The notes under the pieces are model-generated. The model saw only the letters and a list, made by a program, of their open reading frames with translations. It did no database searches and was not told where the DNA came from. 64,000 nt of DNA from Candidatus Bathyarchaeia archaeon (GTDB lineage Archaea; Thermoproteota; Bathyarchaeia; Bathyarchaeales; Bathycorpusculaceae): contig JAVZNC010000005.1 in assembly GCA_038882955.1 (NCBI GenBank), positions 60,853 through 124,852 of the forward strand, written 5' to 3'. A program made the position numbers and the translations under genes. Shown here one piece after another: positions 27,844 through 37,633 of the stretch (its first letter is position 1; the number at the start of each line of letters is the position of its first letter).

Positions 27844-29302
27844 CCTCAACCATCTTCTTGAAGACGCTGCGGAAGTTCCGTACTAAATACTCTTTTGTGG
27901 ATAAATTTTCTTGTTTGGCAAGTTTCTTAATTGCCTTGTCCACTCCAGTCGCGTATTGTATTGCCCTTTTAGGTCTTTCTATCACGGTCTTTGGTAAGCC
28001 AAGTTTTTTGGCTGCCGCCCTTAACACGAGCTTGCGTATATCACCGTTCTGCAATTTGATTTTGAATCTTAAAGGCAGACTGATAGCAAATTCTGCTATT
28101 TTATGCGTTAAGTATGGAAGGCGCAATTCAACGTTGTGAAAGTTGCAGATTTTATAGTCTCTCTCGATGTTTGCTTCATGGACTTTTAAAACGTCGTTGA
28201 ACAGCATTTCTTCAACTTTCCTTTTTCCATAAGTTGCATAGGTGGTTAAGTAGCGCTTATATCCGCCAAAAAGCTCATCCGCCCCTTGCCCCGCTAACAA
28301 AACCTTTACACCCATTTCGGCGGCTTTCTCTGCTGCCCAGCACATCGGTACGCCTATGCCAACCTTTATTGGGTCTGATTCTTCCATGAGCCAAAGAACT
28401 TTCGGCAACGTTTCTTTAACGTCATCAACTGTGTAGGTGTAAACGTGAATTGGAAGTTTCAACTCCTCAGCCACTTTTATCGCGTGCGTTGTTTCCGGCT
28501 GATTCTTTAGGCTGACATGAACTAGATGCACATTCACTCCAGCGTTTTTTGCTAGAAGGGCAATTAGGCTGCTGTCCAGCCCTCCTGAAAATGCAACAGC
28601 GGTATCTCGTAGCCCAGCTACGGCTTCCAAGATAGAGTTTTGAAAAAGAACCGAGAGCGTTTCACTTGCGCTCTGCATTGTTACGCTGCCTATTTTTTCA
28701 CGAGACAGCCTTCTTACATGCTTGAATTTGAGGCCGCTTTTATTCGCAATTAGCAATGTTCCAGGCGGAAAAGAGCGTGCATCTGCCATTCCAATTTTCC
28801 ATAAGGCTTTTTTCTCGGAGGCAAGCGCAAATAACCGTTCGTTCTCGCCGAAATACAACGGGCATAAGCCAATTGCGTCTCTACTTGCGATAAGCCTATT
28901 CTCTTCGGCGACAATAAACGCGAAACCGCCTTCTTTTTCCCTTACAAAACTTTCAGCGTCATTAACAGAGTCTTTCCGTACCTTTTCGGCGAAAATTTCA
29001 GCGTCCGAACTTTCCATAGATGTTGGATAAATTCTTCCTTCAAATACGCATGCCGCGTTTTCAAGTTTTATTGGTTGCGGCTTGTCTGTTTCGATTATTC
29101 TTGAGAAGGCATGCCCCACAATAATTGGCGAGTTTGCATTAGAACCCAACAACTTCTCAACAGCATCTTCTATTTTCATAGTGGACGGCGAAGCTAACCC
29201 AAACTTCTCTACGCCCTCATGTGACAGAACTTTTAGCATTTTCACTGCATATTCGGCAGCGTTTTCTCCGCTTTTGTTTATAACTGCGACGATTGCGCCC
29301 AT
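27836..29302 (-). CDS. Asparagine synthase (AsnB)-like protein lacking the N-terminal catalytic Cys
   Basis: RDAIG.CPL, ASEKKAL, AFSGGLDSS, GQGADELFGGY, ELRLPY, RPKRAIQYATG; N-terminus is MGAIVAV rather than MCGI. Confidence 0.88.
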   Translation of the reverse strand: MGAIVAVINKSGENAAEYAVKMLKVLSHEGVEKFGLASPSTMKIEDAVEKLLGSNANSPIIVGHAFSRIIETDKPQPIKLENAACVFEGRIYPTSMESSDAEIFAEKVRKDSVNDAESFVREKEGGFAFIVAEENRLIASRDAIGLCPLYFGENERLFALASEKKALWKIGMADARSFPPGTLLIANKSGLKFKHVRRLSREKIGSVTMQSASETLSVLFQNSILEAVAGLRDTAVAFSGGLDSSLIALLAKNAGVNVHLVHVSLKNQPETTHAIKVAEELKLPIHVYTYTVDDVKETLPKVLWLMEESDPIKVGIGVPMCWAAEKAAEMGVKVLLAGQGADELFGGYKRYLTTYATYGKRKVEEMLFNDVLKVHEANIERDYKICNFHNVELRLPYLTHKIAEFAISLPLRFKIKLQNGDIRKLVLRAAAKKLGLPKTVIERPKRAIQYATGVDKAIKKLAKQENLSTKEYLVRNFRSVFKKMVEDD

Positions 29303-29393
29303 ACACTTGACTCTTCATTAGAGGGCTGTTATCATTTAATCTTCGGTAAAACATTAATCCTTAATTGTCTTATCTCTCTGGCGAGGGATAAAA

Positions 29394-30758
29394 TTGCCCA
29401 TCCTACCAATAGACACGGGGCGCTACGGCACTCCCGAAATGCGGCGAATATTTGAAGAGGAAACGCGAATCCAGAAAATGCTTGATGTGGAGGCTGCATT
29501 GGCTTGGGCGCACGCTGAAGTTGGCAACATCCCGTGCAAGGACGCGGACAAAATAATCAGCATGGCTTCCACAAAATACGTTAAGCTTAGTAGGATAAAG
29601 GAGATTGAACGCGAAATAAAACATGATGTTATGGCTATTGTTAGGGCTTTGGCTGAAGTTTGCGGAAAAAGTGGCGCATACGTGCACTTCGGCGCAACAA
29701 GCTACGACATCGTGGACACGGCAAACGCCCTCCAACTGAAAGAGGCTTTAGAACTAATTGAGAAGAGGCTTAACAGCCTTGAAGAGGTTTTGATGGAAAA
29801 AGCCGTACAGTATAGGGATACTATTATGATTGGAAGAACTCATGGACAACACGCCCTGCCAATAACCTTAGGCTTCAAATTTGCGGTTTGGATGCGGGGA
29901 ATCTCAAGGCACATTGAAAGGCTTAGGCAATGCAAAGAACGCGCCTTAGTTGGCAAAATGAGCGGCGCCGTGGGAACACAGGCTGGTTTGGGCGCAAACG
30001 CCATGAAAGTTCAGGAGCTTGTCATGCAAAGGTTGGGAATTAAACCCGCTGACATTTCAACGCAGATTGTGCAGCGCGACCACCACGCTGAAGTTGTATG
30101 TCTTCTCGCGCTTATTGCTTCTTCTCTTGAGAATTTCGCCACTGAAATTCGGGAGCTTCAGAGACCAGAAATAGGCGAGTTGGCGGAACCTTTTGAGGTT
30201 GAGAGGCAAGTTGGCAGTTCAACCATGCCGCATAAGCGTAATCCAGAAACATGTGAGAGAATCTGCGGCTTAGCCAGAATAGTGCGAAGTCTAGTTGTTC
30301 CAGCCTTGGAGAACATTATCACATGGCATGAACGCGATTTAACACAGTCTTCTGCGGAGCGCTTCATTTTCCCAGAAGCATGCATAATAGCGGATTACAT
30401 GCTTTTCCTGATGGCGAATATAATTGCGAATCTGCATGTTAATGAGAAGCGTATGCGGGAAAATTTGGGGCTAACGCAGGGGCGCGCAATGTCAGAGGCT
30501 GTCATGATAGCGTTAACGAGAAAAGGCATTAGCCGCCAAGAGGCGCATGAACTTCTCAGAAAGTTGGCGGTGAAAAGCGAGTCTGAAGGGCGACATTTCA
30601 AAGAAGTTCTCCTTGAAGATAAGACTGTAAGTTCCCAGCTTAGTGCGGAAGAGATTGACGCGGCATTGAATCCTTCGAATTATCTTGGCACAGCAATAGA
30701 ACAAGTCAACCTTATGGTTGAGAAGACGAGGAAAGAGCGAAAAGCCCGCGGCATCTAA
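29394..30758 (+). CDS. purB: Adenylosuccinate lyase
   Basis: HDVMA, HFGATSYD, GRTHGQHA, GSSTMPHKRNP signature. Confidence 0.97.
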   Translation: MPILPIDTGRYGTPEMRRIFEEETRIQKMLDVEAALAWAHAEVGNIPCKDADKIISMASTKYVKLSRIKEIEREIKHDVMAIVRALAEVCGKSGAYVHFGATSYDIVDTANALQLKEALELIEKRLNSLEEVLMEKAVQYRDTIMIGRTHGQHALPITLGFKFAVWMRGISRHIERLRQCKERALVGKMSGAVGTQAGLGANAMKVQELVMQRLGIKPADISTQIVQRDHHAEVVCLLALIASSLENFATEIRELQRPEIGELAEPFEVERQVGSSTMPHKRNPETCERICGLARIVRSLVVPALENIITWHERDLTQSSAERFIFPEACIIADYMLFLMANIIANLHVNEKRMRENLGLTQGRAMSEAVMIALTRKGISRQEAHELLRKLAVKSESEGRHFKEVLLEDKTVSSQLSAEEIDAALNPSNYLGTAIEQVNLMVEKTRKERKARGI

Positions 30759-32986
30759 TATTCCGTTAGTGCCTTTTGTTTCCAAACGTTTTCCTTTTCA
30801 AGTTTTTCCCAAGTTTCCTTTTTTACGAAGCCGCCGACCTGCTCCTTTATTTTCTTCGCTAGTCTCGGTCCGATGAGTGGCAAGTTCATAAGGTCTTCGA
30901 TGGCTGCCAATTTTATGTCTTCTATTGTTTTGTATCCAGCGTTGTAGAGTATGCGCCCGCGCACTCTGCCGACGCCTTCCAACTTCACGATGGGCAGCAA
31001 CTCCTTCTTAACGCCTTTTTCCACGCGTTCCATAAGCTCAAGAGCCAGTGGCAAAATTTCCTTGTTGCCAAAAAGCACGCCCAACTCGTGTGTTGCGTAA
31101 AGGAGCCATTTGGCGTTTTCCACGGTTCTATACAAGTCGCCTGGCTGTGTCCTAAACCGTTCTATTATTTCGTCTTCGCTTTTCTCTTCTATCCAAGCGT
31201 TTAGAACCATCGCCGTTTTAACTTCGCCCAAAAACTGCTCGTAGGCGATGCGATCTTCCCACTCGTCTGGCACATCAACAAGCAACTCGTCTCTGTGCTG
31301 TTCCATGAAGACTGCAATTTCGTCCAGTTCACGGGAAAACGGCCTCAGTATTGGTCCCATGTCTGGCGTGTGCGAGATTAGGTGGAGGAGGCTGAACTCT
31401 GTTAGGTATGCGGGTTTCTGCCTTAACGCGTTGCGTATGATAACCGCCGAAACTGGGTCTATGTAGAGTTCGCTTACGCGTTTTCCGAACGTTGTTGCAT
31501 AGATGTTTTCGCCTGCAACGTCAATCATTTCCTCGTCGTAAAGGTACTTGAGAATCTTGGCGATTATGCTCTTCATCGCGCCCGTTTCGTATTGGTAAGC
31601 GTAGAATGTTTTGCCGAAAAACTCGTAGATTCCACGTTCAGTGTGGGCGAAATCCGCGGCAATCGTAGCCAAAACATGAGACCTTAATATGCGTTCTACC
31701 GCCAGTCTAGACCATATGCGTTCTGGACTTGCCAAAATGTAGCTTTCCATGAGATAATCGGCTTCATCACTAGTTTTAGCAATGAGAATAGCCTCACCAA
31801 CCTTGTCGTATTTTGGTCTTCCAGCTCTACCAGCCATCTGCTTATACTCCAAAACGCTAATTGGGTAATAGCCATAACCAGGTTCATACCGCCTATAATC
31901 TTGGATAACCACTGTTCTTGCGGGCAAGTTCACACCGAAAGCCAACGTAGGCGTGGCAGTCAAAACCTTAATCTTCCCTTCGCGAAACGCGTCCTCTATT
32001 AGTTTTCGATGTGCGCCGCCCAGACCTGCATGATGAAAAGCTGTTCCACGCTTAACGAGTTCCGCCAATGTTTCACTTATGCGCGTTTTTTCTCCAGCAG
32101 CCAAAATCTTCTCTGCTTCGTGCTCGAGAGAACGCTTTATAGGCTTTGACAGAACTTCCTCGATTTCGCCAGCAACTTTCTTCGCTAACACAACGGCGTT
32201 TTTCCGTGTCGAAGCAAAAATTAACGCTTGACCGCCCGCTTTAACGGTGCTTAATGCCAAGTTTATCGTTGAATTCCTTGTTTTCCTCTCAATTTTGTGT
32301 GCGTCTCCATCTTTAAATTGAACTTCATCGTGCAGGAGAACGCCTTCTTTTAGGAGTATTGGACGCCACTCCGTTGTGATATAGCCCGCTTTAAGCCAAG
32401 CCGCAATTTCCTCAACATTGTTTATTGTGGCGCTTAAAGCCAAAATCTGCACATCCGGGTTTATTTGCATAAACCTAGCCAAAACAACCTCAAGCGTTGG
32501 TCCCCTTTCCGCATCGTTAAGCAAGTGCACCTCGTCAGCTACTATAAGCGAAATTTCATCCATCCACTTGGCTCTATGCCTCAAAAGCGAATCCGCCTTC
32601 TCGTTGGTTGTCACTATTACGTCGTATCTTTCCAGCCACGGGTCGCTACTATCAAAGTCGCCGGTGCTTATGCCAACACGCACCCTTCCGCCGCTGGATT
32701 TCCTAAGCGAAATGTACTTCTTGAACTCCTCAAACTTCTCGTTAGCCAAAGCCCTCAAAGGTGTTAGGTAAATAACCTTCCCATTCTTCTCCAAAACATG
32801 CTTTAAGGCGCATAACTCGGCAACCAAAGTTTTGCCAGAAGCAGTTGGACTAGCCAAAACAAGGTTACGCCCATCCAAAGCCCCAGCTCTAACAGCTTCT
32901 TCCTGCGGCGGATAAAGTTCAACAATTCCGCATTTAATGAGCACTTCTTTAACTGACTCTGGAACCGGCAATTCTGTTATTCTCAA
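30755..32986 (-). CDS. hel308: Ski2-like DNA helicase Hel308/Hjm
   Basis: PTASGKT, PLRALA, DEVH, LSAT, FHHAGL, GVNLPA, QMAGRAGRP, C-terminal HhH GVGRVRGR. Confidence 0.95.
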   Translation of the reverse strand: MRITELPVPESVKEVLIKCGIVELYPPQEEAVRAGALDGRNLVLASPTASGKTLVAELCALKHVLEKNGKVIYLTPLRALANEKFEEFKKYISLRKSSGGRVRVGISTGDFDSSDPWLERYDVIVTTNEKADSLLRHRAKWMDEISLIVADEVHLLNDAERGPTLEVVLARFMQINPDVQILALSATINNVEEIAAWLKAGYITTEWRPILLKEGVLLHDEVQFKDGDAHKIERKTRNSTINLALSTVKAGGQALIFASTRKNAVVLAKKVAGEIEEVLSKPIKRSLEHEAEKILAAGEKTRISETLAELVKRGTAFHHAGLGGAHRKLIEDAFREGKIKVLTATPTLAFGVNLPARTVVIQDYRRYEPGYGYYPISVLEYKQMAGRAGRPKYDKVGEAILIAKTSDEADYLMESYILASPERIWSRLAVERILRSHVLATIAADFAHTERGIYEFFGKTFYAYQYETGAMKSIIAKILKYLYDEEMIDVAGENIYATTFGKRVSELYIDPVSAVIIRNALRQKPAYLTEFSLLHLISHTPDMGPILRPFSRELDEIAVFMEQHRDELLVDVPDEWEDRIAYEQFLGEVKTAMVLNAWIEEKSEDEIIERFRTQPGDLYRTVENAKWLLYATHELGVLFGNKEILPLALELMERVEKGVKKELLPIVKLEGVGRVRGRILYNAGYKTIEDIKLAAIEDLMNLPLIGPRLAKKIKEQVGGFVKKETWEKLEKENVWKQKALTEY

Positions 32987-33203
32987 ATTTACACGCCTAT
33001 TCTCCTATGCAAACTCTAAAAGAGTAACGCGAATTTAAAACATTATTGAAAATTCTAGAGGGGAGGGGGTAGAGAAAATAAAACTGAAAAACCGTCCAAA
33101 TTCTATAAGAGAATGGAACGATGTTTAATCACTCGTGGAGCCAAATACCTTTTTCTATAAGCTGAAACCTAATAAGTTATGGTTAGCGCAAGGACTTGAA
33201 AAA

Positions 33204-34430
33204 ATGATTGAAAACGTTAGAGAACTCCTAAAAGCACATGAGGGAATAAAAAGGGAAGTCTACCTAGACATTGAAAACTCCAGCTTCGTCCCAGAAGAAG
33301 TTGTTGAAGCGATGCTCCCATATTATAATAGGCGGGCGTATGGCAACCCAACATTAACGCATAAGCCAGGATGGGAAGCCCTCGAAACAATAATGGAACA
33401 AACGCAAAAAATCGCAAACTTCCTCGGATGCAAAACACTCGAGGAAATCACTTTTACGCCAGGTGAAACAGAAGCCAACAACTTGGCGCTGATGGGCGCC
33501 GCGTTTCCCATGCGAAGCAAAGGCAAGAAAATTGTCATTTCAGAAATAGAGCCAATAAGCATAATACACGTTACAGAGATGCTTCAAAAATACGGCTTCT
33601 CCACAGTGAAAGTGCCAGTCGACGAAGAAGGCTTCATAAAACTTGAAAAGCTGAAGGAAGCCGTTGACAAAGAGACAGTCCTAGCAAGCTTCGCGTTGGT
33701 AAACAATGAAATTGGAACAATACAGCCAATAAAAGAAGCAATAGAAATAGTTAAAGACAAAAACCCAGAAGCGCTTTTCCATACAGACGCGTCGGACACC
33801 TACGGAAAAATAAACTTCAACGTTAAAAGCCTAAACGTCGACTTAGCCACAATAAGCAGCTACAAAATCTTGGGTCCACGCGGAATAGGCGCGCTATACG
33901 TGAAAGAGGGCGTTAACATCGAAAAGATTCTGGAAGGACAAATTGGAACACAAAAGTTATGGCCAGGCGTCGAAAATACTCCGCTTATAGTTGGTTTTGC
34001 AAAGGCTTCCGAGCTTGCATTTCAAAATTTTAACGAAAACGTGCGTTACATGCGGGGATTACGAGACAGACTATTGAATGGCATAATGGAAAGAGTTTCA
34101 GATGTCAAGCTTAATGGGCCTATGGGCGACAGGCGGGCGCCAGACAACTTGAACATAAGCTTTCTCAAATGCGAAGGCGAGGCCCTAACGATAGAGCTTA
34201 GCCTAAACGGTGTTTATGTTTCAAGTGGAAGCGCATGCACGAGAAGGCTTCTTCAGCCCAGCCATGTTCTTGTTGCCATCGGAAGAAAGTTTGAGGAAGC
34301 CCACGGAAGCATATTAATGAAGGTTACGCGTTACCATAAGGAAGAGGATATAAACCATGTTTTGGACGTTATTCCAAATGCTGTTCAAAGGATAAGGGGG
34401 ATAACTGGTTCAACAGGAGTTGAGAAATGA
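33204..34430 (+). CDS. IscS/NifS-like (group I) PLP protein with degenerate active site
   Basis: TEANN, VNNEIGTIQP, HTDA, SSYKILGPRGIG (PLP Lys), SSGSACT (Cys loop), PSHVL.AIG; several canonical residues substituted (see findings). Confidence 0.85.
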   Translation: MIENVRELLKAHEGIKREVYLDIENSSFVPEEVVEAMLPYYNRRAYGNPTLTHKPGWEALETIMEQTQKIANFLGCKTLEEITFTPGETEANNLALMGAAFPMRSKGKKIVISEIEPISIIHVTEMLQKYGFSTVKVPVDEEGFIKLEKLKEAVDKETVLASFALVNNEIGTIQPIKEAIEIVKDKNPEALFHTDASDTYGKINFNVKSLNVDLATISSYKILGPRGIGALYVKEGVNIEKILEGQIGTQKLWPGVENTPLIVGFAKASELAFQNFNENVRYMRGLRDRLLNGIMERVSDVKLNGPMGDRRAPDNLNISFLKCEGEALTIELSLNGVYVSSGSACTRRLLQPSHVLVAIGRKFEEAHGSILMKVTRYHKEEDINHVLDVIPNAVQRIRGITGSTGVEK

Positions 34431-34930
34431 TGTCGCGGATGCCCCTGCCATACAACCCAAAGGTTCTTGAGTTGTTTAGGAACCCAAAGAATCTTGGCAA
34501 GATGGAAGATGCCACCGTAACGGCGGTTGCTGGAAATCCAGCATGCGGAGACATGATAACCTTTTACCTAAAAATAAACGAGCAAGACATCATCGAAAAG
34601 GCTACATTTGAAAGTTACGGATGCGCCGCAAACATAGCCACATCAAGCATAGTTACAGAAATGGTTAAAGGCATGAAACTTGAAGACGCTTGGAAAATCT
34701 CATGGAAAAGCGTGGCAGAAGCAGTCGGTGGACTGCCAAGCATAAAGTTCCACTGTGGCATTCTCGCCGTTGGCGCATTGAAAAGAGCCATACGAAAATA
34801 CTACAAAGAGAAAGGCGCAGCGCCAAGCTGGATTCAAGAAGAACTAAGCTTTGAAGAGAAACAGGCACTTGAAGAGGAAGAATTAGCGCGGATTCTATCA
34901 AAGAGAATGAAATTGGCTGAGGGAAAATAA
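34427..34930 (+). CDS. iscU: Fe-S cluster scaffold IscU/NifU-N
   Basis: FRNPKNLG, GNPACGD, YGCAANIA, LPSIKFHC. Confidence 0.93.
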   Translation: MMSRMPLPYNPKVLELFRNPKNLGKMEDATVTAVAGNPACGDMITFYLKINEQDIIEKATFESYGCAANIATSSIVTEMVKGMKLEDAWKISWKSVAEAVGGLPSIKFHCGILAVGALKRAIRKYYKEKGAAPSWIQEELSFEEKQALEEEELARILSKRMKLAEGK

Positions 34931-36165
34931 TGTTTGACCCCTACAAGATTCGCGAGGATTTCCCAATTTTAAAGCGCAAAGTAAACGGTCACCCGCTGAT
35001 TTATTTTGATAATGCCGCTACATCGCAAAAGCCGAAACAAGTAATCGAAGCAGTAAAAAACTTTTACGAGATGCACAACGCAAACGTCCACAGAGCAGTT
35101 CACACACTATCGCAGGAAGCATCTGAACTTTATGAAAGGGCACATGAGGAAGTTGCAAATTTCATAAACGCGAAAGGCATGGAAGAAATAGTCTTTGTTC
35201 GAGGCACAACTGAAGCCATAAACCTCGTCGCTTATGCATGGGGGCTCTACAACCTAAAGAGGGAAGACGAGGTTATTGTAACGCTGATGGAGCATCACAG
35301 CAACATTGTGCCCTGGGAGATTCTCTCAAAGGTGAACGGGTTTAAGGTCAAATATGTGGAGGTTAACAGCGACGGAACCCTAAACTATGAATCGTTAGAG
35401 AATTTAATCTCCAAAAAAACCAAAATCGTCTGCGTCTCACATGTTTCAAACGTTAACGGCGTAGTAAACGACGTAAAAAGGATAGCGAAAATCGCCCATG
35501 AGTATAACGCTTTAGCGCTCGTTGATGGCGCCCAGTCCGTTCCACACTTGCCAATAAATGTTAAAGATTTAGAAGCGGATTTCCTAGCCTTCTCTGGACA
35601 CAAGATGCTCGGCCCAACGGGCATAGGCGTACTCTACGGCAAAAGCGAAATTCTCGAGGAGATGGCGCCTTACCAAGGCGGAGGCGAAATGATAAAGGAG
35701 GTTTCATACAACAAAACGACAAAGCACTGCGACATAACGTGGAACGAGTTGCCATGGAAATTCGAGGCTGGAACGCCAAATGTCTGCGGCGGCATAGGCT
35801 TAATGGAGGCGGTGAGATATCTCCGCAAAATTGGGATGGAGAATGTTAAGGCGCATGAATGCCAACTAACGGCGTATGCCATGCAGCGCATGCAAGAATG
35901 CAAAAAAGTTAGAGTTTATGGACCTGAAGATGCCGCAGTCAAATGTGGGATAATCCCGTTTAATGTGGATGGGTTAAGCTCTCACGATGTTGCTCTCTTC
36001 CTTGACAGTTATGGAATTATGATTCGAAGTGGTTTTCACTGCGCCCAACCGCTCCACCAAGTTTTCAAGCTGCAGTCTTCAGCGAGAATAAGCTTCTACA
36101 TTTACAACACGCGCGAAGAAGTTGACAAATTCATAGAAGTTTTGAAGGAGATTGAGCAAGCCTAA
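34930..36165 (+). CDS. sufS: Cysteine desulfurase, SufS/group II
   Basis: YFDNAATSQKP, NVHR, MEHHSN, DGAQ, SGHKMLGPTG, FEAGTP, RSGFHCAQP, SARISFYIYN. Confidence 0.96.
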   Translation: MFDPYKIREDFPILKRKVNGHPLIYFDNAATSQKPKQVIEAVKNFYEMHNANVHRAVHTLSQEASELYERAHEEVANFINAKGMEEIVFVRGTTEAINLVAYAWGLYNLKREDEVIVTLMEHHSNIVPWEILSKVNGFKVKYVEVNSDGTLNYESLENLISKKTKIVCVSHVSNVNGVVNDVKRIAKIAHEYNALALVDGAQSVPHLPINVKDLEADFLAFSGHKMLGPTGIGVLYGKSEILEEMAPYQGGGEMIKEVSYNKTTKHCDITWNELPWKFEAGTPNVCGGIGLMEAVRYLRKIGMENVKAHECQLTAYAMQRMQECKKVRVYGPEDAAVKCGIIPFNVDGLSSHDVALFLDSYGIMIRSGFHCAQPLHQVFKLQSSARISFYIYNTREEVDKFIEVLKEIEQA

Positions 36166-36434
36166 TGGGTTCAGTTGAAGATTACGTTGCCAGAATAGAG
36201 GAAACATGCGGCGAAGAAAAAGCGTTCATTGTAATATTCAAATACGACAAAAAGGAGCAAGTGGTTGCGAAAATTTTGGGAAAGGCCAAGGTGGAGAAGT
36301 CAATTTCTAACATAATTTTCGAATTAACCTTTAAAGGGGTTTCCTTTAGGCTTTATAGTACTGGAAAGGCTATTTTTAGGAATTTGAAGGATAAAGACGC
36401 GCTTAATGGTGTTTTAGGTGAGCTTTTGTTGTAA
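36165..36434 (+). CDS. Small hypothetical protein coupled to sufS
   Basis: 89 aa ORF with TAATG overlap on the sufS stop; single Cys in EETCGEEK. Confidence 0.7.
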   Translation: MGSVEDYVARIEETCGEEKAFIVIFKYDKKEQVVAKILGKAKVEKSISNIIFELTFKGVSFRLYSTGKAIFRNLKDKDALNGVLGELLL

Positions 36435-36504
36435 TTTGTGGGATTAATTGAGTGTATTGAATCGCGAGAAGTAAGATTTAAATCGGCTCCCGCCAATAGC
36501 ATTC

Positions 36505-37614
36505 ATGAAAAAGCGAGGGGCAATTTTGTCAAACAACAAACAAAAACCAACAGAAAAACCAGTGGCGGTAGCGAGCGCCGTCGGCTTCGGATTCCAAGGT
36601 GGAAAAAAGGAGAAGAGCAACGCAGTCTACGTTGTCGAAAAACAAATAAAAACAGCCGTAAAAGACACAAAACTATCAGTTTCAATAACAAAATCAGCAA
36701 ACATAGATTCGCCAACATATGCAGAACTCCGCAAAAAATACCGCATAGAAAAATATGATTTACATCCAGGGTATGTTTTTCCAGAAAACGTGCAATCGCT
36801 TATACCGCGCAACACCCCAGAATACATAGACAAAGGCTTCAACTACGTCGAAAGAATAGTGCGCGCCCTATACTACTTCAAACAATGCGCCCTAATCGGT
36901 CCGAGCGGAACAGGAAAAACACATATAGTCTACTTAATCGCTGAACTTTGCGGCTTACCAATGTGGGAAATTAACTGCGGACTGCAAACATCGGCATACG
37001 ACCTTTTCGGAAGATACATAGGATTAGGCAAGGAAAACTGGATTGACGGACAAATAGTCATGTGGTGCAGGCAAGGAGGCATCCTATACCTTGACGAGGC
37101 AAACATGATGAAACAGGACATAGCAACAAGACTAAACCCAGTCTTGGACACGAGAGGGCACATTGTTCTGACGGAGAAGGACAACGAAATAGTGCAGAGA
37201 CACCCATACGGCTACTTGGTAATATCAATGAACCCATTTTCAGCAGAATTCGTTGGAACAAAACCGTTAAACGCTGCTTTAAGGCGAAGAATGGCAGTTT
37301 GGATAAACTTTGACTATCTAAGCGTAGGCGACAAAATATCCCGCGACGAAATAGAACTCATAATAAAAAGAAGCGGCGTAGACGAAAAAACAGCTGAAAA
37401 AATAGTTAAGGCAGGAGCAGAGCTAAGGAGACAGTATAAAAATGGCGACTTACCCTATGGGCCTTCGCCAGGAGACCTAATCAACTGGGCAACATTGATT
37501 GCTGATGGCTGCGACCCGATAGAGGCGGCTGCTGAAACCATTGTTGGAACAACAAGCGACGACGTTGAGGTGCAAGCAGCTGTAAAGCGCATTATCGAGT
37601 CTATGTTCGGATAA
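36505..37614 (+). CDS. MoxR-class AAA+ ATPase (CbbQ/NirQ/NorQ/GvpN-like)
   Basis: GPSGTGKT Walker A, ILYLDEAN Walker B, SMNP, LNAALRRR. Confidence 0.9.
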   Translation: MKKRGAILSNNKQKPTEKPVAVASAVGFGFQGGKKEKSNAVYVVEKQIKTAVKDTKLSVSITKSANIDSPTYAELRKKYRIEKYDLHPGYVFPENVQSLIPRNTPEYIDKGFNYVERIVRALYYFKQCALIGPSGTGKTHIVYLIAELCGLPMWEINCGLQTSAYDLFGRYIGLGKENWIDGQIVMWCRQGGILYLDEANMMKQDIATRLNPVLDTRGHIVLTEKDNEIVQRHPYGYLVISMNPFSAEFVGTKPLNAALRRRMAVWINFDYLSVGDKISRDEIELIIKRSGVDEKTAEKIVKAGAELRRQYKNGDLPYGPSPGDLINWATLIADGCDPIEAAAETIVGTTSDDVEVQAAVKRIIESMFG

Positions 37615-37633
37615 GTAAAACTGGGTTTAAACC

